Notes: generated by a model not told the origin, from the sequence alone. A DNA stretch of 64,000 nucleotides from Nitrospirota bacterium (GCA_963737155.1 CAVTRN010000001.1:1216001-1280000); one strand, 5' to 3'; numbered from the stretch's first letter, positions 44,156-54,764 are shown. A program made the numbers and translations.

Positions 44156-44187
44156 ATATCCCGCAGCTTGCTGCGGAGAGGTTCATT
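44156..44187. repeat. Short palindromic element resembling an IS200/IS605-type end or REP-like unit
   Basis: atatcccgcagc-tt-gctgcggagaggttcatt; a weaker similar sequence lies near 63215-63236. Confidence 0.4.
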
Positions 44188-44829
44188 TGCGGCTCTTGTA
44201 TGTTTTAGAGAACACAGTTCATTTGTTTGTTAAGACAAGGACAAGACCCTGTTACAGTCCCCGGGTTCGTTTACCTCATTACGTATTAAATTATCTCCGG
44301 TCACAGTCGTTTAATTTGTATCAACACTCACCTGCAGTTCATCAGACATATACCCCGTTGTGGTGTAATTCATGGGGTTCATATACGTGATCTGCTAAAA
44401 TAGAGACAAAGGCTTCCGCAGGTGCTGGACTGCCATTTTGCCAGAGGTCCAAACGGTACATCATGCTTTTGCGGCTTCCTATCTTGTTTAGAGCATATGG
44501 CGTCTATATGCTGAAATATTCATATTAATTATGTGGTACCGTAAAAAAAGGAGACCTCTAATTCGGTTTCCGATTTCGGGATATACCTTCAACTATGCGA
44601 TCTGGGGCCAACCAAGGCAAGAGCGTTATATTATCCTGAAATAGGCAATTAATGAGGTAAGGCCCATTTGCCTTGGATAGAGGGGATTCTCGTCTCGCTC
44701 CGACAAAGAACCATTTGAATACCTAGGGCTCCATTGTTCTACGTTACTAATTCTTTAACTACTGCTCCATGCCGCCAGCTTCGTGGCTTGTGAGCTTGCG
44801 TTAGACGTCGCTATCACAACCCCGAATGG

Positions 44830-45543
44830 ATGAGACTCATGAGTCACATTGAAAGACACAGGACACATCGTATTGGATGGCTCCGTGCTGCTGTTCTTGG
44901 GGCAAATGATGGGATTGTTTCCACGGCTAGCCTTGTCCTTGGCGTGGCTGCAGCAGGTGCAACCTTAAAGAGTATCTTGATCACGGGTGTTGCCGGTCTT
45001 GTCGCCGGTGCCATGTCTATGGCCGCGGGCGAGTATGTCTCGGTGAGTTCTCAAGCCGATACCGAGAACGCCGATCTGGATATGGAGCGGCAGGCACTGG
45101 CTGATGATCCTGAGGATGAACACGCGGAGTTGACAGCCATCTATGTCCAGCGTGGACTTGACGCGGAACTTGCGTCCCAAGTCGCTACCCAGTTGATGGC
45201 GCACGACGCACTCGGTGCGCATGCGCGTGATGAGATGGGCTTATCGGTAACGTTGATCGCCCGACCGATACAGGCCGCATTGGCATCAGCCGCCACTTTT
45301 GCGGTTGGCGCTGCAATGCCTCTCTCGGTTATCCTGCTGGTGCCGCCATCTGCACTCCTCTGGGTCGTTGCGAGCAGCTCGCTTTTGTTTCTTGCGATAT
45401 TAGGTTCTCTGGCCGCGGTTGCGGGCGGGGCTTCTGTGATTGCCGCTGCCGCGCGGGTCACCTTCTGGGGCGCTTTGGCCATGGCCTTAACAGCTGGAGC
45501 TGGGGCTTTGTTTGGGGTAACTGCTTTAAGTTCCCTCCATTAA
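44830..45543 (+). CDS. VIT1/CCC1 family Fe2+/Mn2+ transporter
   Basis: WLRAAVLGANDGIVS, MAAGEYVSVSSQ, AHARDE. Confidence 0.93.
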   Translation: MRLMSHIERHRTHRIGWLRAAVLGANDGIVSTASLVLGVAAAGATLKSILITGVAGLVAGAMSMAAGEYVSVSSQADTENADLDMERQALADDPEDEHAELTAIYVQRGLDAELASQVATQLMAHDALGAHARDEMGLSVTLIARPIQAALASAATFAVGAAMPLSVILLVPPSALLWVVASSSLLFLAILGSLAAVAGGASVIAAAARVTFWGALAMALTAGAGALFGVTALSSLH

Positions 45544-45755
45544 AATGCATGCATATTTAGCTTTTCTCGACAACTAGTCCTCCCGCGTCCCGCACGTTAT
45601 TATGATATGCATCATAGCCTGTTTGCCATGACTATAATACCATAGCACCATGATTCTAATATTATCACCTTTGAGTCTGAACGTTGCATTTTTGATTATA
45701 TGGGGTTTCGTATTGCGGTTTTCAATCTTCAGAAACAACAAAAAGGGAGAAAAGA

Positions 45756-46448
45756 ATGAGAGTCCACGTATTGCAGCATGTCCCATTTGAAGGCTTGGGC
45801 AGCATTGCTTCGTGGCTAAAGGCCCGCGGTGCTGACGTGAGCTATACTCGTTTTTACGAAGAACCCATTCTTCCGCAGCTAAACGGTCTTGATCTTGTCA
45901 TCGCGATGGGCGGACCAATGAGCGTGAATGACGAGTCGACTTTGCACTGGCTCCGTATGGAAAAACAGTTTATTCGTAATGCGGTGGAACAAGGCATTCA
46001 CGTGCTTGGTGTCTGTCTTGGTGCGCAGCTCATCGCTAGCGCTTTCGGATCGCGCGTCTACCGGAACCCCCTAAGGGAAATCGGATGGTTTCAAATCGAG
46101 GCAACTCCTGGCTCTGCGGACGTGTTTCGTTTCCCGGATAAATGTTCGGTGTTTCACTGGCATGGTGAGACCTTCGATCTTCCTAACTGGGCCGTCCGTT
46201 TGGCGAGAAGTGCTGCATGCGAGAACCAAGCATTTCAGATTGGACGGCATGTCATCGGCTTGCAGTTCCATCTTGAAACGACACCAGGTAGCGCGACCTC
46301 CCTTTTAATCAACTGCGGGGATGAGCTTGCGCCTGGCCCCTACATTCAGTCCGAATTGGAATTGCGAGATGTACCGGATGCCGCATACGCAGAGATCAAT
46401 ATTCTCATGGATGAAGTGCTTTCCTACCTGACATGCGCTCAAAGCTGA
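45756..46448 (+). CDS. Class I glutamine amidotransferase
   Basis: QHVPFEG.G, GGPMS, GVCLGAQL, HWHGETF, LQFHLE. Confidence 0.9.
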   Translation: MRVHVLQHVPFEGLGSIASWLKARGADVSYTRFYEEPILPQLNGLDLVIAMGGPMSVNDESTLHWLRMEKQFIRNAVEQGIHVLGVCLGAQLIASAFGSRVYRNPLREIGWFQIEATPGSADVFRFPDKCSVFHWHGETFDLPNWAVRLARSAACENQAFQIGRHVIGLQFHLETTPGSATSLLINCGDELAPGPYIQSELELRDVPDAAYAEINILMDEVLSYLTCAQS

Positions 46449-47146
46449 CTTATCTTCATGACATGAGTTCCACACCGAACTAGCCTGTAACGCACGACGT
46501 AGGCGTTCGGATAAGTTGGACCCTGTATTCGCCGATTTCAAGGAAGCGGAGAATGCCGATAGACGGCGTGACAACATAAAGGAAGTGTGCAGTAGTTGCT
46601 TCATTCGGCACCTTTCATAGATGGCTTCTATAAACAATTTGATAATTTGTCAATTTTTACAACGTCAAGTTCGCCAGTCCGGAGACAAAAATATGACAAG
46701 TGTTAATCCCACCGTTATCCTATGGTCGTAATGCTAAACAGACTTGTTTCTATTCCTTCTAATTCTTACCTCCTCGGTTTCATCCTACTAAAGTATATTT
46801 TTATCTTCTTCAGATAAAGTCACCCCATTTTTCTTAACAGTCACGATAATTCGATCAATCAAAAAACTTTATACGGGACATTAGCTCTGGGATTGCAGTG
46901 TTGAATCACAGCGTAAAGAGTGAAAGTGCGCAGTGGTTCAATCCCCACTTCCAGCCAGAGTTGGTTATAGTATCAATCTGTCGCAACTCGCATGATTGAA
47001 CCGTTGTTCCAAAACGTCATATACGTGAATGCCCGGATGTCGTCGCAGAAAAATTCGGTTTTTTTTATCATTAGACTGATTGAGAAGTCCACATAGAATC
47101 ATTTTACAGGTGAATTTCTAGAGAAGAATATTGCAGATCCTTCGAG

Positions 47147-47280
47147 CGCAAAAGAACATCCTGATAACGGACTCTCCGGCGTTGTCAAGACCACTGCTAT
47201 TGTCTGATTTGCTAGAGGCGCTCAAGGATTCTTACCCCGCTGGTTTTTACACCAGCGAGATGAGGGAAGGTGAGCCGGGC
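47147..47280 (+). pseudogene. NTPase (THEP1-like) N-terminal remnant
   Basis: KNILIT..(G)..KTT..EALKDSYPAGFYTSEMREG across a frameshift; truncated. Confidence 0.5.
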
Positions 47281-47297
47281 AGTTTGCCAAAAAACGC

Positions 47298-47374
47298 TTG
47301 ACAGACTTGTTTAAGTGTGCTACTAAAATTAAAATCATAACACGCAGTTACACGATTCTTAATATCGTAGCACA
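47298..47374 (+). promoter_or_regulatory. exbB promoter with two tandem NikR-type operator boxes
   Basis: TTGACA at 47298; GTGCTAC-N13-ATAACAC (47317-43) and GTTACAC-N13-GTAGCAC (47347-73). Confidence 0.65.
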
Positions 47375-47497
47375 TATAATCTTCCTCTTCTTTCGATGTG
47401 ATCTCAAGATGATCGCTGTTGGATAACAGACAGGGTCCGCGTTCGGCATGTTCTGGTGCAAGAGAAATAAAGTAAAAAGCAAAGGAGTGGGGGAAAA

Positions 47498-47932
47498 ATG
47501 GAATGGCTCAGAGTTGCTATTGATTATGGAATCATGGGATTATTGCTGCTCTTAAGTATTGTATCTGTTGCAATAGCTGTTGAAAGGCATCTGGTCTACA
47601 AGAATCTCAACATAAGCCAATATCGGGATATAAAAAGCCTGGAAATCGTGCTTACCGAGAAGCTTCACTTCATTGCAACTATTGGAAGCAATGCTCCCTA
47701 TATCGGACTGCTCGGCACGGTGCTTGGTATCATGCTCACCTTTTACACGATGGGGAAAGAGGGCTTCATGGACTCGGGGAAGATCATGATCGGTCTTTCC
47801 CTCGCCTTGAAGGCTACGGCCGCAGGATTGCTTGTTGCTATCCCGTCTGTTGTCCTTTACAACCTTCTGGTGAGAAGGGCAAAGGTTCTGATGATGCAGT
47901 GGGAGATAAATAATGGACGAGAAAGAGTTTAA
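47498..47932 (+). CDS. exbB: TonB system energizer ExbB (short form)
   Basis: [34 protein letters not shown]. Confidence 0.92.
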   Translation: MEWLRVAIDYGIMGLLLLLSIVSVAIAVERHLVYKNLNISQYRDIKSLEIVLTEKLHFIATIGSNAPYIGLLGTVLGIMLTFYTMGKEGFMDSGKIMIGLSLALKATAAGLLVAIPSVVLYNLLVRRAKVLMMQWEINNGRERV

Positions 47933-48293
47933 TTACATCAATGTCATACCTCTTGTTGATGTGATGCTTGTGCTTCTCACGATCGTGCTGACGACATCTA
48001 GCTTTATTGCAACGGGGGCCCTTCCGGTTGAACTTCCCAAGGCGGCGAAGAGCCCGTCAGAGATAGCGAAGACGCTGACCATCGAGATAGACGTAAGCGG
48101 GAACATATGTCTAAACCGCCGTCCTGCATCGCTTGATGAATTGAATATCTCGTTGCAAGCCATCCCCAGAGATATTCCGCTTCTTATCAGGGCTGACAAG
48201 AATATCCGTCTGCAGGCATTTGTAGACGTCCTTGACGTCGTGAAAAACCTAGAATTTAAAAGGGTCAGCTTGCAGACGCAAGAGATGAGATGA
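47913..48293 (+). CDS. exbD: ExbD
   Basis: [26 protein letters not shown]. Confidence 0.92.
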   Translation: MDEKEFNYINVIPLVDVMLVLLTIVLTTSSFIATGALPVELPKAAKSPSEIAKTLTIEIDVSGNICLNRRPASLDELNISLQAIPRDIPLLIRADKNIRLQAFVDVLDVVKNLEFKRVSLQTQEMR

Positions 48294-48952
48294 AGTACCA
48301 GCGTATCGGCTTACAGATATCCATCCTCATACACCTATTGCTCTGTATGATTGGCTTCGGGTATGGCTATTTTTTCTTAGTTCCTGCGAGCGCACCCATT
48401 CCTCTCGAGATCGGGATTATCTCCTGTCCTGAGCCCGCCCCGATTCAGGTTGCGCGGCAGCACAGGAACCGATTCCACATGGTTAAAGAATCCCGTAAGC
48501 CGGCGCAGCAGCCGGAAACACTCTCTCGGACAGCGGTGGCTGAGCAACCGATTGTGAGGCAGGAAGTGATAGCCGCGCAGACAGGAACGGCCCCACAGAA
48601 GGAAGCTGGCCCGCAGGCAGGAACGGACGAATCTTTAAAAGCGAGTCAAACTGCACCTAACGGCTCGATAGTCGGTCCCGTTTTTAATGCTGATTATCTG
48701 CATAATCCAAAACCATTATACCCGCTTATTGCGCGGCGGTTGAAGCTGGAAGGAACCGTTGTAGTACGGGTGCTGGTAAGCTCCGCGGGTAAGGCTGAAG
48801 CCGTCCACTTGGGGACAAGCTCCGGATCGAATGTGCTGGATCAAGCAGCTTTAAATGCTGTGCAGGAGTGGTCATTCGTACCGGCGCAGCAGGGAGTTCA
48901 GCCTGTTACCTCCTGGGTGGACGTCCCCATTCGTTTTCGCTTGACCGACTGA
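48290..48952 (+). CDS. tonB: TonB
   Basis: SILIH TM motif; NPKPLYP..ARR..EG.V...SSG..LDQAA..AV..W.F.PA. Confidence 0.88.
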   Translation: MKYQRIGLQISILIHLLLCMIGFGYGYFFLVPASAPIPLEIGIISCPEPAPIQVARQHRNRFHMVKESRKPAQQPETLSRTAVAEQPIVRQEVIAAQTGTAPQKEAGPQAGTDESLKASQTAPNGSIVGPVFNADYLHNPKPLYPLIARRLKLEGTVVVRVLVSSAGKAEAVHLGTSSGSNVLDQAALNAVQEWSFVPAQQGVQPVTSWVDVPIRFRLTD

Positions 48953-49014
48953 CGTGGCCCAAACCGCAGATCAGGAATGAAAAGTTATGCCGGATTTTTT
49001 TGGAGGAGTACCAT

Positions 49015-51087
49015 ATGCACCGACGGATTAAAAGCCGGTACATTGCCATATTTGCTATCGGGATGCTCTTATTTTCTAGTGGGCCTACAGCACCTGTCTT
49101 TGCCGGAGGAGTCCAGACTCTCAATACCGTGGAAGTGACCGGTTCTGCTGAGGATCTGGTGGGCTCGGCGGATTCCGCTACCGAGGGAACCATCACGCCT
49201 CAACAGATCGAAGACCTTCCTGTGTTGCGGACCGGTGAATTTCTTGAAGAAGTTCCGGGCCTGATTGTCAGCCAGCACAGTGGCGAAGGCAAGGCGAACC
49301 AATACTATTTACGCGGATTTGACCTCGATCACGGGACTGATTTGGCAACGACAGTGGCGGGTATGCCGATCAATATGCCGACCCATGCGCATGGGCAGGG
49401 ATATACGGACTTGAACTTCTTAATGCCGGAACTTCTTGGAGGCATCCAATACAGAAAAGGGCCGTACTACGCAGATCAGGGAGACTTTTCCGCCGCCGGC
49501 GCCGTCACCATGGATTACGTCAATGTGCTGGACCGGAATATCGCTGAAGCGGGCATAGGGAACGAAGGCTATCGCCGGGCTTTGGTGGCGGGGTCCTCGG
49601 CGCTTGCCGGAGGGCATCTGCTCTACGGTCTTGAAGCGTATCATCATGACGGACCCTGGGTTCACCCTGACGATTACGATAAATTCAATAGCGTGCTTCG
49701 CTACAGTCATGGTGATGCTCAAAACGGCTACAGCATAACCGCCCTGGGTTACGACGGTACCTGGAATGCCACGAACCAGGCCGCTATCCGCGCCATAGAT
49801 GAAGGCCTGATCTCCCGTTATGGCGCCCTCTCTCCCATGGATGCAGGAAATTCTTATCGATTCAGCCTTTCCGCGGAAGGGCAACAGACATCGGAGGATT
49901 CGATTACCCGGGAGAATGCATATCTGATCAAGTATCAAATGACTTTGTGGAACAATTTTACGTATGATTTGGTGGATCAGGTCAATGGAGACCAGTTTGA
50001 GCAGCACGATGAGCGGATCGTTTCCGGTTTCGGTGTCAGCCATGATTGGATAACGCAGCTGGCTGGCCACGATATGGTCAATACCGTCGGAGTGCAGGTA
50101 CGCAATGACGACATCAGTCCGGTCGGACTGTACCATACCATGAATCAGCAGGTGCTTTACCTGACAGAGCAGGACACTGTCATACAAACCAGCGGAAGCG
50201 TTTATGTACAGAACCGTTTTCAATGGTCGGATAAATTCCGCAGCATAGTGGGGCTCCGCGGGGACGCTTACCATTGGGACGTTACGGCCAATATCCCCCA
50301 AAATTCCGGCGACGCCCACGCATCCCTCCTGGATCCTAAATTGAGCCTGATTTTCGGACCCTGGGATAAGACAGAATTCTATATAAATGCCGGCCAAGGT
50401 TTCCACAGCAATGACGGACGAGGAACAACCATGACGGTGGACCCACTGACACTCGAGCCGACCAGCAAAGTCAGCCCCCTCGTGCGGGCCGAGGGGCTTG
50501 ATGTCGGGACGAGAACCGCGGTCATCCCGAATTTGCAAAGCGAGCTTACTTTTTGGGCACTCAATCTGGCCTCTGAGCTCGTCTTCGATGCCGACGTAGG
50601 CGAAACCACGCCGAGCTATGAGAGCCGCCGGTATGGCTTGGAATGGGCAAACTATTATAAGCCGACGTCATGGTTTACACTTGATGCAGACTTAGCCTTA
50701 TCTCATGCGCGCTTTGTCGGTGATCCTGTCGGAAACCGCATTCCTGGTTCACCCGAAGCAATATTCTCTGCCGGAGCCTCTGTTGACAATATAAATGGCT
50801 ATCTCGGCAGCCTGAAGGTGCGTTATTTCGGACCACGCCCGCTTTATGATGACAACAGTGTCCGGTCCGAAGCGTCCACAATCGTGGACGGCCGGGTCGG
50901 TTATAAATTCAGCAATAACTGGCGTCTCTTCCTTGATGTTTTCAACCTGTTTGACGCAAAGGCCAGCGATATTGACTATTTTTACGTATCCCGGCTTCCG
51001 GGTGAGCCTCCGGCAGGCGTAGCGGATATTTCCACTCACCCAGCTGATCCGCTGGAAGCTCGCCTTACACTTTCCATGAGCTTCTGA
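49015..51087 (+). CDS. TonB-dependent outer-membrane receptor (Ni/Co uptake candidate)
   Basis: Signal peptide, TonB-box-like TVEVTG, plug QHSGEGKANQYYLRGFDLDHGTD, THAHGQGY, C-terminal Phe. Confidence 0.9.
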   Translation: MHRRIKSRYIAIFAIGMLLFSSGPTAPVFAGGVQTLNTVEVTGSAEDLVGSADSATEGTITPQQIEDLPVLRTGEFLEEVPGLIVSQHSGEGKANQYYLRGFDLDHGTDLATTVAGMPINMPTHAHGQGYTDLNFLMPELLGGIQYRKGPYYADQGDFSAAGAVTMDYVNVLDRNIAEAGIGNEGYRRALVAGSSALAGGHLLYGLEAYHHDGPWVHPDDYDKFNSVLRYSHGDAQNGYSITALGYDGTWNATNQAAIRAIDEGLISRYGALSPMDAGNSYRFSLSAEGQQTSEDSITRENAYLIKYQMTLWNNFTYDLVDQVNGDQFEQHDERIVSGFGVSHDWITQLAGHDMVNTVGVQVRNDDISPVGLYHTMNQQVLYLTEQDTVIQTSGSVYVQNRFQWSDKFRSIVGLRGDAYHWDVTANIPQNSGDAHASLLDPKLSLIFGPWDKTEFYINAGQGFHSNDGRGTTMTVDPLTLEPTSKVSPLVRAEGLDVGTRTAVIPNLQSELTFWALNLASELVFDADVGETTPSYESRRYGLEWANYYKPTSWFTLDADLALSHARFVGDPVGNRIPGSPEAIFSAGASVDNINGYLGSLKVRYFGPRPLYDDNSVRSEASTIVDGRVGYKFSNNWRLFLDVFNLFDAKASDIDYFYVSRLPGEPPAGVADISTHPADPLEARLTLSMSF

Positions 51088-51186
51088 TGGCCGGTTCGTG
51101 TGCTACGCATAAAGTTCGCTTTGCATCGGTATAGAAAATCAGAGATGTTTTTATCTGAATAAATTTATGCCATGATGGATTTCAGG

Positions 51187-52710
51187 CAGGTTATACTGTT
51201 TTTAGTTGAAATTGAAAAGAGTGGCTTCCCCGTGGCATAATCCACGGTAGAGAGAGAAAAAAGAAAGGAGCCACTCAATGAAGGATACCACAAGGAAGAG
51301 AAAAAAGGCAATACGAGGAATTGAAGAGGCATACGGAAGGCGGGAGATCATCGAACAGATGTATTGTGTCTTCGCAAAAGGGAAACAGGGTTTTGATGAA
51401 TGCATGAAGGAAATGGGCAGAATGATGGCAGAGACGATCATGTACATCGAGCGGGAGGAGATTGCCGGCCCCGACTACCAGCCTAACAGTCCCGATCTGC
51501 GGAAGTGGGCTAGCCAGGGCGGTTCCGTCTATATCGGCGATCAGAAGATCCCGGTGACCCACCCTCGGCTTCGAGGTCCGGCGGGTGAGATTGTACTGCA
51601 GAGCTATCAGAAGATGAAAAAACCGGAAGTCTTCGCAGAAGAATTGCTTGGAAAGGTGCTTCGGGGCATATCATGCCGGAAGTATGCGGAGACAGTTGTA
51701 GATACGGCACGAGCATTTGGAGTGTCCGCCAGCACGGTATCGAGCCATATCGTCGCGGCAACAGCAAAACAGCTTCAGGAGTTTAAGGAACGGTCACTCA
51801 CGTCATTCGTTCCCTTTGCGGTCTTTTTAGACACTGTTCACCGCGGCGGAGAGGCATTCATCGTGGCGCTGGGGCTTGATATTGCCGGAAAGAAGCAGAC
51901 ATTGGGGTTCTGGCAGGGGGCGACGGAGAACCATGAACTGTGTGAAGAGCTGTTTTCTGATATAGAGCGGCGGGGTCTGATACTTTCACGACGAATCATC
52001 TGGGTTACCGATGGCGGCAAGGGCGTAATCAAGGCACTCCGGGATCGCTTCGGTAAGAAACTCATCCATCAGCGGTGCACGATCCACAAGGACCGGAATA
52101 TACAGCATCATTTGCCGAAGAAATACCGGAAAGGCGCACACTGGAGGTTCCGGACAGCCCTGGAGCAGAATAATTACGCGGACGCTCGTCAGATGCTTCT
52201 GGACATGGAGAAATGGCTTCGGGGCATTAATGAGTCGGCGGCTGATTCGCTCATGGAAGCGATAGAAGACATTCTCACCCTTCATCGATTGAAGGTCCCC
52301 GCTCTCTTGAGGAAGACGTTGCATTCTACCAATCCTATCGAGAGCATGTTTTCCACGGTGAGAAAAGCAGAAGGCAATATAAAGCGCTACCGCGACAGCA
52401 AGATGATGCAGCGCTGGCTCGCTTCTGTCCTCTTATATGCTGAACAAGGATTCAGAAAGATCAAGGGCCACGCCTTCATCGCGGACGTGATGAAACGGAT
52501 CGAAGCGGAAGAATTAAATGACCTAACAGTCAAAGAGGCTGCGTAAAGGGGGATGGTTAGGTATGGCTCGGCCTCAGAAAACTCACATATGGCGATCCTA
52601 CGAATCCGATTTTATAAACAGCGATGATTTACACCGTTGAACCGATAAAAATACTTTAGCCGAAGGGAACGGGCCACTCAGATAATTTCAACTAAAAGCT
52701 TGACCTCGTC
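51187..52710 (+). mobile_element. IS256-family insertion sequence with 8-9 bp target duplication
   Basis: Imperfect terminal IRs (ttttagttgaaatt / aatttcaactaaaa); gatttcagg at 51178-86 and 52711-19. Confidence 0.9.
51278..52546 (+). CDS. IS256-family DDE transposase
   Basis: FLDTV, TDGGKG, QRCTIHK (CxxH), STNPIES; intact 422 aa. Confidence 0.92.
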   Translation: MKDTTRKRKKAIRGIEEAYGRREIIEQMYCVFAKGKQGFDECMKEMGRMMAETIMYIEREEIAGPDYQPNSPDLRKWASQGGSVYIGDQKIPVTHPRLRGPAGEIVLQSYQKMKKPEVFAEELLGKVLRGISCRKYAETVVDTARAFGVSASTVSSHIVAATAKQLQEFKERSLTSFVPFAVFLDTVHRGGEAFIVALGLDIAGKKQTLGFWQGATENHELCEELFSDIERRGLILSRRIIWVTDGGKGVIKALRDRFGKKLIHQRCTIHKDRNIQHHLPKKYRKGAHWRFRTALEQNNYADARQMLLDMEKWLRGINESAADSLMEAIEDILTLHRLKVPALLRKTLHSTNPIESMFSTVRKAEGNIKRYRDSKMMQRWLASVLLYAEQGFRKIKGHAFIADVMKRIEAEELNDLTVKEAA

Positions 52711-52728
52711 GATTTCAGGAGGGATTCC

Positions 52729-53631
52729 ATGATAAAGTCTTTCGCGATGCGGCTTGTTTATGCGATGCTTCTGGTTACGCTTGTGGCTTGTGGTGGCGGC
52801 AAAGAACCCACAGAGAGCGGGCTGTTTGGTGTTATTTGGTCAGGGACTCAATTTGTGGGAGTGGGAAGCAGCGGTATGATCCGCACCTCCCCCGATGGAG
52901 TGTCGTGGACCTCCCAGAATTCCGGCACAGCGGAGTCACTGCTCAACATTGCATGGTCCGGAACGCAATTTACGGCGGTGGGCAATCATGGGACCATTCT
53001 CACTTCTCCTGACGGAGTAACGTGGACCACGCAGACCTCGGGAACTATCAGTGACCTCTACGGTGTTGCCTGGTCCGGGTTGCAGTTCGCAACAGTCGGC
53101 GATGCCGGTATCATTTTTACCTCACCAACAGGAACGCAATGGACTCTGTCGACATCGGGCACTTCCATAAGTCTCTACGGCCTTGCCTGGTCCGGGACAC
53201 AGTTCGTTGCTGTCGGGTATGACGGCGTAATCCTTACCTCTCCAGACACCGTTACCTGGACTGTGCGAACTTCGGGCGTTACCGAGCCTCTCGGCGGCAT
53301 AATCTGGTCCGGGACACAGTTTGTGGCGATAGGAAATAATGGCGCTATTCTTACCTCCCCTGATGGAGAGACGTGGACAGAACAAACATCCGGAGTAACA
53401 AACGGCCTGAGCGGACTTGCGTGGTCCGGGACACAGTTCGTCGCCGTAGGGGACACGGGAACCATCCTTACTTCTCCTGATGCTGTAACATGGACGCTCC
53501 GGTCTTCGGGCACATCAATGTCCCTCTTTGGCGTTGCTTGGTCCGGAGCCCAATCTCAGTTTGTAGCGGTGGGATGGTGTAACGTCATCCTCACCTCCCC
53601 GGACGGGGTAACGTGGACACAACATTCTTAG
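52729..53631 (+). CDS. Lipoprotein of seven ~39-aa Asp-box repeats (predicted 7-bladed beta-propeller)
   Basis: Lipobox LVAC; repeat WSGTQFVAVGxxGxILTSPDGxTW. Confidence 0.82.
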   Translation: MIKSFAMRLVYAMLLVTLVACGGGKEPTESGLFGVIWSGTQFVGVGSSGMIRTSPDGVSWTSQNSGTAESLLNIAWSGTQFTAVGNHGTILTSPDGVTWTTQTSGTISDLYGVAWSGLQFATVGDAGIIFTSPTGTQWTLSTSGTSISLYGLAWSGTQFVAVGYDGVILTSPDTVTWTVRTSGVTEPLGGIIWSGTQFVAIGNNGAILTSPDGETWTEQTSGVTNGLSGLAWSGTQFVAVGDTGTILTSPDAVTWTLRSSGTSMSLFGVAWSGAQSQFVAVGWCNVILTSPDGVTWTQHS

Positions 53632-54244
53632 GTCTTTGCGTGGAGTGCGACCGGCGTTGAGTGCACAAGAATAAATTTTAGTATGATCTATGCTCTCATA
53701 CATAATAGCTTCCTATTTGGTACGTTAATAAATGATTGAGCACAGACTGATTGGCTGATGAGTTGTATTTTTATACGATTAGAGACATATCCGTGAAGGG
53801 GGGATTATTGAATGTTTTTGGATTTCAAGCTGGACTATAGTTATAAGACATTTCAAATGACGTAGGTCTCCTCTATCTTTTAGCTCAATCCCTGGCTGAA
53901 TCCTGTGGTTGAGAACTAGGCCTGGAAGGGGCGATTGCAGCGGCCAGAAGAACAAGGTGACAATTACAAGACTTATCAGGCGGCATACCATAGAGGAAAA
54001 GATTGAGGAACTGAAGAAAAGAAAGCGGGAAGGCTACGACGCGATTTTCAGCGGGGGCCAATGAATAACAAAGACGCTGCAATACTTGCGACGATTTTGT
54101 ATTTCTGCGCGATTGGACGAAAAAGACAGAAAACAAAAACCAGCGGCAGTTGTTAAGGCCGCTTTGACATGGCAAGACTAACATCTTTGATTATGCTCTG
54201 TCTTAAGTATATGCTCGTACGGAATATTTGTTGGCAATAAAGAA

Positions 54245-54382
54245 TCAACCTTTGTTTATGTTCTTATCGTCAGCAGGCTTTGCTGCATTTTTATCGAGCT
54301 TGCGCTGCTTTTTTTCCTCGTTCTTTTTTTGCTTCGCGATCTCCTTCTGACGCTTTTGAAAACTGAAATTCGCTTTCCCCAC
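54245..54382 (-). CDS. Small Lys-rich hypothetical protein
   Basis: GTG start after ggagg; GKANFSFQKRQKEIAKQKK.. Confidence 0.6.
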   Translation of the reverse strand: MGKANFSFQKRQKEIAKQKKNEEKKQRKLDKNAAKPADDKNINKG

Positions 54383-54500
54383 TCCATGCCTCCTCGGAAA
54401 GAAATTTACGAACTGAACCGTGCCTTCATAAGGGCGGGCCGGACAACGGTCCGACCCGCTGCTCTCCACTGCTTTGCCCCTTTTCGATTACCGCGTTCCC

Positions 54501-54764
54501 TCAATTTCGGGCTTGGTCGTTCGATGCAGCGGGTGACTGCGACGGCCTGTCCGGACGCGGCCCCGAACCAGATGGCCGCGGTCGCTTGTTGAGGAGCTTG
54601 CGCTTCCGCTTCTGAGCCTCCAGCCGCTTCCTCTTTTTCTTCACCGAGGGCTTTTCGTAATAGCGCCGCTTCTTCAGTTCCCCGAATACTCCGTCGAGTT
54701 GGAGTTTCTTTTTCAGATTACGCAGGGCCTTTTCGATGTCTCGGGACAGGACCCTTACCTCCAC
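54501..54764 (-). CDS. rpsU: 30S ribosomal protein bS21 with Pro/Arg tail
   Basis: IEKALRNLKKK...ELKKRRYYEKPSVKKKRK. Confidence 0.88.
   Translation of the reverse strand: MEVRVLSRDIEKALRNLKKKLQLDGVFGELKKRRYYEKPSVKKKRKRLEAQKRKRKLLNKRPRPSGSGPRPDRPSQSPAASNDQARN

Noticed and set aside
32040-46510. attC-like ends after or before cassette-sized genes (near 32065, 44800, 46475)
   Set aside because: Only partial R-box resemblance, no full paired attC structure, and no integron integrase in the window
46874-46958. tRNA-like fragments (ttagctc.., gtggttcaatcccc..cca)
   Set aside because: Acceptor and anticodon stems do not pair; at most a very degraded remnant
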